A stretch of DNA of 64,000 nucleotides from Alphaproteobacteria bacterium. GTDB lineage: Bacteria; Pseudomonadota; Alphaproteobacteria; Rickettsiales; SXRF01. The stretch covers positions 18,523 through 82,522 of the forward strand of contig JBDHUC010000003.1 of assembly GCA_039808985.1 (NCBI GenBank), written 5' to 3'. Positions within the stretch are counted from its first letter, which is position 1, and the number at the start of each line of letters is the position of its first letter. The notes under the pieces were generated by a model. It saw only the letters and a list, made by a program, of their open reading frames with translations, did not search any database and was not told the origin of the DNA. Of this stretch, positions 20,970 through 29,673 are shown piece after piece. The translations under genes and the position numbers were made by a program.

Positions 20970-22406
20970 ATGCCTTCGGGCGATAATGCCAATGACCAAC
21001 AGCCACCGCAGGGAAGGCCGCCTGAGCCACCACTAGCTATCATACTGGGAAATAAGGATTCAGCAGAAATTAAGGACGTTATGGCTAACAATGTAAGCCA
21101 TGTTATTTCCCTTTATAATGAGCTACATAGGCTGACTTCCTCGGAATCGGACGCAGCTTTGCTTGAAAAAGCCAATCGCCTGCTTGACGAATGCACATAT
21201 CTTTTGAAAGACCAGCAGGAAAATTCAACCAGCGCTAGTGGTCAAACAAAGGATAAATATGCCGGTGAAAAATACAAATATTTAACCGAATACGGAACCC
21301 AGATACTCGCGCTTTTCACGCCATCTGGAAATTGCACTTATCTTTCACGTAATTTTGAAAGGCTTACAGGCCATCAGACAGATGCGGGGCTTGATGGAAT
21401 ATTTTTTAAACTTATACATCCTGATTTCCGCGAACGCCTTAAAAATACTTTGCGGCCTATAGGCCTGGCAGCAGAAACCGCGCCTGCGCAAATACTGCGC
21501 CTTAAAATGCAGCATGGTGATGGCAAACATTACTGGTACCAGTTCACACTCCACAGCAAGCCAGAACACTATATCTGCCTTATAGAAAATATACATGAGC
21601 ATATGCAGACCCAAAGCACATTGCAAAAAGCAAGGCTGGAAGCCGAGCTTGCGTTGCGCGCCCGTTCGGAATTCCTTGCCAATATGAGCCATGAACTGCG
21701 CACGCCTTTAAATGCTGTCATCGGTTTTTCACAGGTAATGGAACGTGGCGTTTTCGGCAAAATAGATAACCCGCAATATAGCAGCTATATACGCCATATC
21801 CAGGAAAGCGGGCATGACCTGCTGGCAAAAATTGAAGACCTGCTTGAAATCGCAAATATTGATGCGGGGCGCGTATCGCTTAATTGTGAAGAAATTTATA
21901 TTAATGACCTTATAAGCCATGTGATTAACGCACAGATGCATCATGCGCAGGATGCAAAAGTCGCTATTTCCTACGTGCCACGCGGCAACGTACTTATGTT
22001 TGTAGACAGGCTTAAGATCCAGCATATACTTGGGCATCTGGTGGCAAATGCCATCAAGTTCAACAATGCCGGTGGCGAAGTGACAATCGAAATAAATCGC
22101 GATGGCAAGAACGGCATAAGGCTTTCTGTGCATGATAACGGGGTTGGAATTAACGACCTGAAATGCCATGACATACGCGAGTCATTGCAACAGGATAATT
22201 GCTGGACGGCAAAAAACAACCAGCATATCGGCATCGGACTGGCCCTCACCAAGGAATTTATTGCCCTGCATGGAGGAACTGTTGAAATTTCCAGCAGTAA
22301 TGGTATAGGTACTACTGTTTCTATCACCCTGCCCCGCGAATGCATCCGCATGGTCGCAGCCAGGAAAGATGATAATGTAAAACAGTTAGAACTGGAAAAT
22401 GGATAA
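20970..22406 (+). CDS. PAS-domain sensor histidine kinase (cytoplasmic)
   Basis: The H-box 'FLANMSHELRTPLNAVIGF', N-box 'LVANAIKFN', G1 'HDNGVGI' and G2 'GIGLAL' are all present. The ORF is open from a TTG at 20889 and the first ATG is at 20970. Confidence 0.85.
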   Translation: MPSGDNANDQQPPQGRPPEPPLAIILGNKDSAEIKDVMANNVSHVISLYNELHRLTSSESDAALLEKANRLLDECTYLLKDQQENSTSASGQTKDKYAGEKYKYLTEYGTQILALFTPSGNCTYLSRNFERLTGHQTDAGLDGIFFKLIHPDFRERLKNTLRPIGLAAETAPAQILRLKMQHGDGKHYWYQFTLHSKPEHYICLIENIHEHMQTQSTLQKARLEAELALRARSEFLANMSHELRTPLNAVIGFSQVMERGVFGKIDNPQYSSYIRHIQESGHDLLAKIEDLLEIANIDAGRVSLNCEEIYINDLISHVINAQMHHAQDAKVAISYVPRGNVLMFVDRLKIQHILGHLVANAIKFNNAGGEVTIEINRDGKNGIRLSVHDNGVGINDLKCHDIRESLQQDNCWTAKNNQHIGIGLALTKEFIALHGGTVEISSSNGIGTTVSITLPRECIRMVAARKDDNVKQLELENG

Positions 22407-23007
22407 AGCAAAAGCCGCATATGATATTATAACTGCCGCCCTGCCCCTTGTTCCTTTTGATGGCTGGAACATAAAAACCCTTAGGCAGGCAGCCGTTGAA
22501 GCTGGCTATAAAAAAACTGATGTGGTACGAGTTTTTTCAGGCGGCGCAATAGATGCGGTCGATGCTTATTCGCGGATTTGCGACCAGCAGATGCTTGAAG
22601 CGCTTTCCAATTACCATATGGATAATATGAAAATACGCCAGCGCATAACCTCTGCGGTACGTCTGCGCCTTGAGCTGCAAAGCAAAAACCGCGAGGCTAT
22701 GCGCAGGGCGGTGGCGATGCATTCATTGCCCATATATGCACATCGCGGCCTCAGGGCGCTTTATGAAACGGTGGATAATATCTGGTATGCCATAGGTGAT
22801 AATTCCACAGATTTCAATTTCTACAGCAAGCGCATGACACTTGCTGCGGTGTATATTGCCACGCTACGCATGTGGCTTGACGATAACAGCCCTGGCTGCG
22901 AGGCTAGCTGGCAATTTTTAGACCGGCGCATCGAGGATGTTATGAAGATAGAAAAAGCTAAACAGCAACTGCGGGGCTGGTTTTCAAAAGTTAGGGCATT
23001 TTCCTGA
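22399..23007 (+). CDS. COQ9-family protein (ubiquinone biosynthesis accessory; 'rpsU-divergently transcribed' family)
   Basis: 202 aa. The TetR-like N-terminal 'PLVPFDGWNIKTLRQAAVEAGY' and the overall length match bacterial COQ9 homologs as I recall them. Confidence 0.65.
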   Translation: MDKAKAAYDIITAALPLVPFDGWNIKTLRQAAVEAGYKKTDVVRVFSGGAIDAVDAYSRICDQQMLEALSNYHMDNMKIRQRITSAVRLRLELQSKNREAMRRAVAMHSLPIYAHRGLRALYETVDNIWYAIGDNSTDFNFYSKRMTLAAVYIATLRMWLDDNSPGCEASWQFLDRRIEDVMKIEKAKQQLRGWFSKVRAFS

Positions 23008-23025
23008 AGCAGTATAGTATAAGCG

Positions 23026-23431
23026 GATGAATAGATGAATGGATTAATAGATGAATGAAGCACCTGATTCATCTATTACGTTGGCTTCGTCATATCCTTC
23101 ACCCAGCGGCATAAGTGGACTGGGGGACAGTAAATGGCAATTGCATTTGATATTTTCCCAGCTTGTCATGCCGCCGTATGGCGGCATCCTGCGTATTAAA
23201 AACCCCAGCCCCCGCAATAATGCGGGGCGACAGTTCTCGTCATCCTGTGAGCCGCAAGGCTGCACAGGATCTGCATCAATAATCCTGAGATCCTGCGCAA
23301 TGCTCACGCATTCGCAGGGCTACAAGAACCCCGCACCCGTTGCGGGGTCTGGCTCCGGATACCGCCGTGCGGCGGCATGACAACATTGTCACACAGAGGA
23401 TGAATGAAACACCTGATTCATCTATTACGTT
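23026..23431. repeat. Composite intergenic repeat island of nested hairpin/MITE-like modules
   Basis: There is an 8-bp tandem GATGAATR x4 at 23026-23057. 33-bp direct repeats lie at 23050-23082 and 23399-23431 (1 mismatch). An inner ~221-bp unit has 25-bp inverted termini at 23163-23187 and 23359-23383. GC-rich hairpins lie at 23210-23227 and 23329-23347, and a gtcatcctgtgag module starts at 23239. Confidence 0.7.
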
Positions 23432-25323
23432 TTCTCCTCAAAAACTATACGCGATGCCGGAAAAAACACTATATGGCTGTGTATTTCGCCGTCAGCAGGC
23501 TCAGAATGAAGGGCGCCGCCATGCAATAATATAAGCGTTTTTGCAAGCTCAAGACGCAGGTCTATGGGTTCTGACATCAAGGCAAAATGATTGCCTCCTT
23601 CATTGTATGGGGTTGGCGCAAATAATTTTTCGGCAATGGTGGAGAGCTTCTCTTGTGGCTGCGCCTCGGATTTTGAATTTTTAATTACAAGCGCAAAAAA
23701 CTGGCGGCCATGATGCTCACTGATTATTTCAGGCTCGATGGTTATTACGCTTTCCCGCACAGAATAATCGAGAATAATAAGCAACAGATTGCTTATTATC
23801 TGCTGCATGCGAAACTCATCGGCCAGAAGATGCGGCAACTGATCATGCCCCTTTATTCTCACGCTTACACCGGCAGCTTCCAGCCTGTCGCTTAGCTGGC
23901 GGATTACAGAGGAAGCCACATTGGTTATATCCAATGATTTTTCCTGCAGGTCAATATAACCTATTTCGGATTTCGCATGGAGGATTATGTCCTGTATTTT
24001 ACCAACCAGTTGATTGCCAATACTGAATATATCGGCAGAATACTGACGGTATTTACGGTTTTCTATCGCGCCATAAATCTGGTCTTTAAGCACCTGGGCA
24101 AAGCCTATTATATTATTCACCGGCAGGCGCATCTCCTGTACTATATAGGCAAGGAATTCAGACTTGCTGCGCATGTTTATCTCGGCATTTTCCTTAGCTT
24201 TTTTGAGCAGGAACATTTTGTTGCGAAGCTCGCTTTCGATGCGTTTATTTTCTTCGATATAACGGCTTACCTGCTGCACCTGCGCTGCCAGCGCCTCGAT
24301 CTCAACCGGGCCATTCTTGGGAATAGGCACAAATTTTTCCCCACGGGTTATGGAGGCTACCAGCTCGGTCATATCTAAAACCGGATTTATCACACGTACA
24401 CGCACAATCCACAAAAACAGCATAAGAAAAACAGCAACTGAAAGTATCATCAGCAGCCGCGCCCAGAGAAGGGCCCGAACTGTCTCATCGCTGTAATTAG
24501 CGTCATAACCCATCATCACGATATAGGGATAGTTTTCCGATACTCGGTAATAGGCATAAATACCGGTGCCCCATAAAATGCTGCCTTTGGATATAAGGCC
24601 GCTTGGGTTCTTATCAAAATCTACATCAACAAGTTTTTTCGCCGGGAAATTATCGCCTATGAAATTCTTACTGTCGGAAACTTCGGTTAGGGTTACCAGG
24701 TCTTTGGTGACTACGGCGAAGCTTATTCCATCACGCTTTACCAGGCTTCTTATCTGGTCGGTAAGCACGCCAATATCAATGCTGAGCGCTATTATGCCGA
24801 TAAATTTCCCGGTATAATCGGTAATTCCCATCGCAACCGGAATCACCCAGCGCCCGGACACCCTTCCCTCTATTGGCCTTCCGATATGCATTTTCCACGA
24901 ATCAGCCGCAGCCTGCTGGATAAAATCGCGATCTGATATATCCACCGGCTCTTTGAGAACGCCTTTGTTGCTGCTTATTACAAGCTTCCTGTCGGTATCG
25001 GTCCAGGAAAAAATGCTATAGATACTATTTTTATTGTCGAAGGATTTAAGGGCCTGCGCAAGCTTGGTATAGTCACGATTAGGATCGTTGACAATCTGGC
25101 GGCCAAGGGAAGCCAGCATGTAACTGGCATCCCCCATTTCGGTCAGGATCGTATTCTCTATACGCACCGCCTCTTTTTCAAGGTCGGTGGTTATACGCTC
25201 GGACTGGCGGTTATAGGTGCGGTAGGTCACCCAGCCGGAAATAAGCACCAGTACAAACAGGACCCCCGCCGCAAGCAGCTTGAAATCACGTGATAAAGAT
25301 GGCTGGACCCAGGAATTACGCAT
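23425..25323 (-). CDS. Membrane sensor with periplasmic Cache-like domain and HAMP, plus a degenerate (probably inactive) histidine-kinase core
   Basis: Two TM segments flank a ~260-aa extracytoplasmic domain. The H-box reads 'FLAYIVQEMRLPVNNIIGF' with Gln where the phospho-His should be (codon 24136-24138). The N and G boxes are not recognisable. Confidence 0.75.
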   Translation of the reverse strand: MRNSWVQPSLSRDFKLLAAGVLFVLVLISGWVTYRTYNRQSERITTDLEKEAVRIENTILTEMGDASYMLASLGRQIVNDPNRDYTKLAQALKSFDNKNSIYSIFSWTDTDRKLVISSNKGVLKEPVDISDRDFIQQAAADSWKMHIGRPIEGRVSGRWVIPVAMGITDYTGKFIGIIALSIDIGVLTDQIRSLVKRDGISFAVVTKDLVTLTEVSDSKNFIGDNFPAKKLVDVDFDKNPSGLISKGSILWGTGIYAYYRVSENYPYIVMMGYDANYSDETVRALLWARLLMILSVAVFLMLFLWIVRVRVINPVLDMTELVASITRGEKFVPIPKNGPVEIEALAAQVQQVSRYIEENKRIESELRNKMFLLKKAKENAEINMRSKSEFLAYIVQEMRLPVNNIIGFAQVLKDQIYGAIENRKYRQYSADIFSIGNQLVGKIQDIILHAKSEIGYIDLQEKSLDITNVASSVIRQLSDRLEAAGVSVRIKGHDQLPHLLADEFRMQQIISNLLLIILDYSVRESVITIEPEIISEHHGRQFFALVIKNSKSEAQPQEKLSTIAEKLFAPTPYNEGGNHFALMSEPIDLRLELAKTLILLHGGALHSEPADGEIHSHIVFFPASRIVFEEKT

Positions 25324-25400
25324 TTAATAAATATATCATATAAGGATTGTAAATACATAATAGTAATAGCTTTTTTCTAATATGCAACAAAGGCGCAGGA

Positions 25401-26420
25401 TTATGAAGATTTTTTCCTGGGGCCAGGCTTTTCTTTCCGCGCAAGAGGGTGATGCTCATGCACCAGCTTGTTCAAACGCTCTCCCGCCACATGGGTATAT
25501 ATCTGGGTGGTGGAAATGTCGGAATGGCCAAGGAGTTCCTGGATTACCCTCAAATCAGCGCCACCTTCCAGCAGGTGGGTTGCAAAAGAATGGCGCAACG
25601 TATGTGGCGAGAATTTCTGCGGATCGATATTAGCTTTTACCGCAAGCTCCTTGAGCATAACCCCGAATTGCTGGCGGGTTATATATCCAACGGCACGATG
25701 GTATGGAAACATCCACAGCGATGTTTTCTGGTCGCCTAAAAACTCCTTGCGCACATCAAGATAGCGCGAAAGGGCTGCCCTGGCCTTATCATGCAGCGGA
25801 ACCATGCGCTCCTTATTGCCCTTGCCACGCACTATCACAAAATCAACATCAACCGTGGTTTTCCCTTCGCGTACCTGAAGGGCAGAAAGCTTAAGGCTTA
25901 CCAGCTCCGAAACGCGCAGGCCAGCGCCATACATAAGCTCAAGCATAGCCTGAAGGCGCAGCCCCCTGGCCGAATTATCCTCCCTCGCCGCCTCCAGAAG
26001 CAGAAGCACATCCTGTTTTCCAAGGATTGACGGCAGGTGCCTGGGAAGCTTAGGGGAATCAATGCTGACTGCCGGATCATCGGGCCTGTGTTTTTCACTG
26101 TATAAAAAGGAAAAAAACTGGCGCAGGACCGAAAGCTTACGGGCAATTGTGGGAGCGCTTATACCAGCCTGGCTCAGGGAAGCCAGAAATTCCTCGATAC
26201 TACCAGTAGAGATTTTATTTATATGCTCACCAATATCATGGCAATATCCTGAAAACCCATGTAAATCGCGCTTGTAAGCAGCAACAGTATCAGCCGCAAC
26301 AGCACGCTCAGCCACGATCATTTCGAGGAACTGCTCCACGAGCGCATCGTCTTCCTTATTGGTTTTTACTATTACTACCGGCCTGACCATTTTTAAAAAC
26401 CATGTTTGCTTTTGTTGCAT
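25401..26420 (-). CDS. xerD: site-specific tyrosine recombinase XerD
   Basis: 'LLEMIVAERAVAADTVAAYKRDL', 'GLRVSELVSLK' and 'HTLRHSFATHLLEGGADLRVIQELLGHSDISTTQIYTHV' are present. The gene is divergent from aroK-aroB, as in many alphaproteobacteria. The start may be the internal 'MVRPV'. Confidence 0.9.
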   Translation of the reverse strand: MQQKQTWFLKMVRPVVIVKTNKEDDALVEQFLEMIVAERAVAADTVAAYKRDLHGFSGYCHDIGEHINKISTGSIEEFLASLSQAGISAPTIARKLSVLRQFFSFLYSEKHRPDDPAVSIDSPKLPRHLPSILGKQDVLLLLEAAREDNSARGLRLQAMLELMYGAGLRVSELVSLKLSALQVREGKTTVDVDFVIVRGKGNKERMVPLHDKARAALSRYLDVRKEFLGDQKTSLWMFPYHRAVGYITRQQFGVMLKELAVKANIDPQKFSPHTLRHSFATHLLEGGADLRVIQELLGHSDISTTQIYTHVAGERLNKLVHEHHPLARKEKPGPRKKSS

Positions 26421-26457
26421 TATTTCTTATTTCCTCTAATTATGATAGGGAATAATA

Positions 26458-27042
26458 ATGTTTTTGCCAAAAGAAATGACAGAAGAACACACAAACTCCG
26501 GTGGAAATTCAAAGATCATCTCGCAGCCGGTTGTGCTTGTGGGCTTGATGGGGGCCGGGAAATCAACCATCGGGCGCAGGCTGGCCAGCTCGCTTTCTGT
26601 GCCGTTTATTGATTCCGACACCGAAATAATTGAAGCTGCAGGATGCAGCATCTCCGATATTTTCGAAGGTTATGGCGAACATATTTTCCGCGACCTCGAA
26701 CAGCGCGTTATCCTGCGGCTGATGACCGGCACTCCCTGCATAGTGGCAACCGGGGGTGGCGCGTATATACAGCCTGCGATCCGCGAAGCCATCTCGCAGA
26801 AGGCAATATCTGTCTGGTTAAAGGCTGACCTCCATGTATTGCTTGAACGCGTATCACGGAGAGATAACCGCCCGCTGCTCAAAACCGGGGATAAAAGCGA
26901 AATACTGCAAAAACTCATTGATGAACGCTACCATATTTACGCACAGTCGGACATTACAATTGACAGCAATTTCGGGCCGCATGAATCAGTGGTTGAGGAT
27001 ATTGTCGCGGCACTTAAGCAATGGCAGAAAAAAGATGCCTGA
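26458..27042 (+). CDS. aroK: shikimate kinase
   Basis: The Walker A 'LVGLMGAGKSTIGRRLA', 'DSD' and 'VATGGG' are present. Confidence 0.92.
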   Translation: MFLPKEMTEEHTNSGGNSKIISQPVVLVGLMGAGKSTIGRRLASSLSVPFIDSDTEIIEAAGCSISDIFEGYGEHIFRDLEQRVILRLMTGTPCIVATGGGAYIQPAIREAISQKAISVWLKADLHVLLERVSRRDNRPLLKTGDKSEILQKLIDERYHIYAQSDITIDSNFGPHESVVEDIVAALKQWQKKDA

Positions 27043-28147
27043 AATCCAGAAACTAAATGTGAAGCTTGATAAGGGCGGCTATGAGATAGTAGTTGGAGAA
27101 CGCCTGCTGGCACGGGCCGGAGAATATATATCCCCGCTGCTTAAAGGCAAAAATGTAATTATAATAAGCGATAGCAATGTAGCAAAATTATATCTGCACC
27201 GGCTTACTAATTCGCTGGAAGATGCTCATATTCGCTCACGCTCGCTGATAGTACCGCCAGGAGAAGCAACTAAAAGCCTGGAGAGCTTTTCCAGGCTTAT
27301 GGAAAACCTGCTGGAGCAAAAGCCTGACCGCAGCACGGTCCTTGTTGCCCTTGGCGGCGGGGTGGTTGGTGATTTAACAGGGTTTGCCGCAAGTGTCTTG
27401 CTTAGAGGTGTGAATTTTATACAGATACCAACAAGTTTGCTTGCACAGGTAGATAGCTCGGTTGGTGGAAAAACAGGTATCAATTCCGGTTTTGGCAAAA
27501 ACCTGATTGGCAGTTTCCATCAGCCGGTTTTAGTGCTTACCGATGTTGCAACGCTTACAAGCCTGCCCAAGCGCGAAATGCTTTCCGGATATGCGGAAGT
27601 TGTAAAATATGGCTTTATAAGCGACCCGGAATTTTTTACATGGCTGGAAAAAAACGCAGGCGCGATGCTTGCCGGTGACAGCGAGTTGCAGGCGCAGGCT
27701 ATAATAACAAGCTGTAAAGCCAAGGCAGATATTGTCGCGGCTGACGAGAAAGAGCAAAATATCCGCGCCCTGCTTAATTTTGGCCATACTTTTGGCCATG
27801 CGCTGGAAGCAGAAACCGGCTATAGTGACACGCTCCTGCACGGCGAAGCAGTTGCTATCGGCATGGCTCTGGCCTTTGCCGCCTCGGTAAAAATGGGAAT
27901 ATGCCCAAAGGAAGACTCTGACCGCGCAAAAGCCCACATGCAGGCAGTTGGGTTGCCAATTTCCCCACAGGATATACGCAAAGAGTGGAATATTGACGCG
28001 CTTATGGAACACTTCACCCACGATAAAAAAACAACTGGCGGGAAACTCACATTTATTATGACACGTGGAATTGGCAAGGCATTTATTGAAAACAACATAG
28101 ACGCAGCCATCATTCGCCAGATACTTGTCGAATCCTGTAATTTATAA
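27035..28147 (+). CDS. aroB: 3-dehydroquinate synthase
   Basis: 'ALGGGVVGDLTGFAA', 'IQIPTSLLAQVDSSVGGKTGIN' and 'LNFGHTFGHALE' are present. The ATG at 27035 overlaps the aroK end by 8 nt. Confidence 0.93.
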   Translation: MPEIQKLNVKLDKGGYEIVVGERLLARAGEYISPLLKGKNVIIISDSNVAKLYLHRLTNSLEDAHIRSRSLIVPPGEATKSLESFSRLMENLLEQKPDRSTVLVALGGGVVGDLTGFAASVLLRGVNFIQIPTSLLAQVDSSVGGKTGINSGFGKNLIGSFHQPVLVLTDVATLTSLPKREMLSGYAEVVKYGFISDPEFFTWLEKNAGAMLAGDSELQAQAIITSCKAKADIVAADEKEQNIRALLNFGHTFGHALEAETGYSDTLLHGEAVAIGMALAFAASVKMGICPKEDSDRAKAHMQAVGLPISPQDIRKEWNIDALMEHFTHDKKTTGGKLTFIMTRGIGKAFIENNIDAAIIRQILVESCNL

Positions 28148-29459
28148 TATGGATATTAAAATGGATAACGATATTATCTTTTACGGCCTTACGATTTTCC
28201 TCTTCCTGCTTATCTCGGCCTTTTTCTCGGCGGCAGAAACCGCCCTTACCGCCGTTTCCCGCGCGCGTATTTACCAGCTTGTTATGGATGGCAATAAACG
28301 CGCCCAGATCGTAAGCCGCCTGCGCAAGGAAAAAGAAGCCATGATCGGCACAGTGCTGCTTGGCAACAACGCCGTAAATATAGCCGCCTCGGCAATTGCC
28401 ACCACCCTTTCAATTCGCCTTTTTGGCAATGAGAATGGGCTGGTGCTGGTTACATTGGTAATGACCCTGCTCGTTGTTATTTTCAGCGAGGTGCTCCCCA
28501 AAACTTATGCTATCCAGAATTCCGAGCGCGTATCGCTGGCATTCGCCCCTGTCCTCTCCCTTATGGTAAAGCTGTTCCAGCCTATCACTTACAGTATACA
28601 GTTTTTGATTCGCATAATACTTCGCTTGTTCGGGGTGGACATTACCAAATCCAACACCCTTATCTCGGCAACCGATGTAATACGCGGAACAATTGAACTT
28701 CACCACCGCGAAGGAAAGATGATAAAACAGGACCGCGATATGCTGGGAAGCATACTTGACCTTAACGACATCGAGGTGGAAAATATCATGGTCCACCGCA
28801 CGGAAGTGGAAACACTCGACGCCGACCTGTCGGCTGATGAGCTGGTTAAGATGGCGGTTTCAACCATGCATAGCCGAATACCGCTGTGGCGTGGGGAGCC
28901 GGATAATATCATCGGCCTTCTGCATGTAAAAAACCTTATCAAGATAATGCGTGAACAAAAAAGCGCGCTAACAACAGAAGCCATACTCGCCATCTGCAGC
29001 AAGCCATGGTTCATACCGGAAACCACCTCCCTGCGTGACCAGCTACTGGCATTTAGAAATAAGCGCCAGCATTTCGCTTTCGTCGTTGATGAATATGGCG
29101 CATGGCAGGGCGTTGTAACCCTTGAGGATATAATAGAAGAGATTGTTGGCGAGATAGACGATGAGCACGATGAAATCGAAAATGATATACAGAAGGTTGA
29201 CGATAGCACCTATCTTATAGATGGCAGCGTAACCCTGCGCGATTTGAACAGGCATTTAAGCTGGAACCTGCCCGATGATAATGCATCGACCATTGCAGGG
29301 CTTCTAATCCATGAAGCGCAGGAAATACCGGAAGTCGGGGAAAGCCATGAGCTTTATGGCTTTGATTGCACCGTGGTAGAAAAATCGGCAATGCAGATAA
29401 CCCGTGTTAAGATGAAGAAGCGCCCTGAAACCCGCCTGCATAGCGATATAGAATTGTGA
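28125..29459 (+). CDS. HlyC/CorC (CNNM/TlyC) family transporter: DUF21 + CBS pair + CorC_HlyC domain
   Basis: The N-terminal 4-TM region has 'SAFFSAAETALTAVS', a CBS region follows, and the C-terminal part has 'YLIDGSVTLRDLN'. The start could be an internal ATG around 28149. Confidence 0.85.
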   Translation: MSNPVIYNMDIKMDNDIIFYGLTIFLFLLISAFFSAAETALTAVSRARIYQLVMDGNKRAQIVSRLRKEKEAMIGTVLLGNNAVNIAASAIATTLSIRLFGNENGLVLVTLVMTLLVVIFSEVLPKTYAIQNSERVSLAFAPVLSLMVKLFQPITYSIQFLIRIILRLFGVDITKSNTLISATDVIRGTIELHHREGKMIKQDRDMLGSILDLNDIEVENIMVHRTEVETLDADLSADELVKMAVSTMHSRIPLWRGEPDNIIGLLHVKNLIKIMREQKSALTTEAILAICSKPWFIPETTSLRDQLLAFRNKRQHFAFVVDEYGAWQGVVTLEDIIEEIVGEIDDEHDEIENDIQKVDDSTYLIDGSVTLRDLNRHLSWNLPDDNASTIAGLLIHEAQEIPEVGESHELYGFDCTVVEKSAMQITRVKMKKRPETRLHSDIEL

Positions 29460-29671
29460 CGCCGCCCAGTGGAAATAATAATAGTGAAGACGGATATATC
29501 GTGGAATATATAGTGATAGGTAATTCAGTAAAAGCTACGGCCTTCGACCCGGTAACGCTCCGTGAAGTATCGGTTGTGGGGGCGCGGGAAATGCCAAGGC
29601 AGCAACTGGGGAAACTTGCAGTAAAGAAGCTCATTTATGTGCTTAAAAAAAATAGCGGCGTTCAGGATTAA
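29456..29671 (+). CDS. small conserved alphaproteobacterial protein (DUF6898-like, by recollection)
   Basis: 71 aa. 'IVEYIVIGNSVKATAFDPVTLREVSVVG' resembles a small family commonly found in this neighbourhood. The GTG start overlaps the upstream stop codon. Confidence 0.45.
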   Translation: MTPPSGNNNSEDGYIVEYIVIGNSVKATAFDPVTLREVSVVGAREMPRQQLGKLAVKKLIYVLKKNSGVQD

Positions 29672-29673
29672 TT

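Noticed and set aside
23026-23431. Possible CRISPR array, because of closely spaced short repeats and hairpins
   Set aside because: The repeats are heterogeneous (8-bp tandem, a 33-bp pair, inverted termini). There is no regular repeat-spacer periodicity and there are no cas genes in the window. The modules recur as mosaic elements at 38.1 kb and 45.6 kb.
23425-25323. Identifying the His-less kinase as DivL
   Set aside because: As I recall it, DivL has multiple cytoplasmic PAS domains and a Tyr at the His position. This protein has a periplasmic Cache-like domain plus HAMP and a Gln at that position, so only the pseudokinase concept is shared.
25401-26420. The tyrosine recombinase as an integrase marking a mobile island
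   Set aside because: The sequence has XerD-type motifs throughout and occupies the conserved position divergent from aroK-aroB. There are no flanking att-like repeats or phage genes.
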